From the NCBI GenBank assembly GCA_034780895.1, contig JAUZTB010000107.1, positions 95,258,402-95,322,401 of the forward strand: a stretch of DNA of 64,000 nt, read 5' to 3'. The stretch's first letter is position 1, and each line of letters starts with the position of its first letter. Shown piece after piece: positions 63,737 to 64,000 of this stretch. Both the position numbers and the translations under genes were made by a program. The notes under the pieces are model-generated. The model did not search any database. It was not told where the DNA came from and saw only the letters and a program-made list of their open reading frames with translations. This DNA is from Rhynchobatus australiae. Taxonomy: Eukaryota.

Positions 63737-63771
63737 GTTCTGATGAAGGGTACTTGACCTGATACATTAAT
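63737..63771 (+). ncRNA. Degenerate minimal type I hammerhead ribozyme motif
   Basis: GTT-CTGATGA-AGGGTACTTGACCT-GATACATT-AAT: intact CUGAUGA box, stem II hairpin, GAAA box mutated to GATA. Confidence 0.55.
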
Positions 63772-63870
63772 TCTGTTTCTCTTTCTACTGTCGCCTAACC
63801 CGCTGAATGCTTCCAGCATTTTCTATTCTTATTCCAGACTTGCAGCATCTGCAGGTTTTTGATTTTCATT
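63737..63870 (+). mobile_element. Penelope-like terminal repeat
   Basis: Reverse complement of the family seen at 21063, 34990, 44945 and 46910. Confidence 0.7.
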
Positions 63871-64000
63871 TTACAGAGACTGTTGAATGCAGGCCCATTT
63901 TTTACCAGTTAATGAAAATTATTTACGAGCACAAGAAATAGAGCAGGAGTAGGCCACTTTTTCCCTTGTACATGTTTCACCATTCAATAAGATCATGGAT

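Overview
Vertebrate genomic DNA from a gapped draft assembly; the repeat families (V-SINE/HE1-like, DeuSINE-like, CR1, L2, Rex1, Penelope) point to a cartilaginous fish (inference). Two complete + strand spliced genes can be reconstructed from GT-AG boundaries and consistent phases: GRK7, the cone opsin kinase (4 coding exons, 5427-16762, 550 aa, C-terminal CIIL CaaX box), and ATP1B3, the Na+/K+-ATPase beta-3 subunit (7 coding exons, 29485-61968, 281 aa, CpG-rich promoter). This is the same gene order as in human. The rest is intron or intergenic DNA full of decayed retroelements and a Tigger-like MITE. The most notable non-obvious signals are: (1) degenerate minimal hammerhead-ribozyme motifs in several Penelope-like element ends, one linked to a GIY-YIG remnant and one with a clean target-site duplication; (2) an apparently deeply conserved ATP1B3 3'UTR with Pumilio elements between two poly(A) signals; (3) a candidate in-frame 24-nt microexon upstream of an RBFOX-motif cluster in ATP1B3 intron 5. 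No prokaryotic system or CRISPR array is present. Repeat family names are from pattern recognition, not database searches, and repeat boundaries are approximate.
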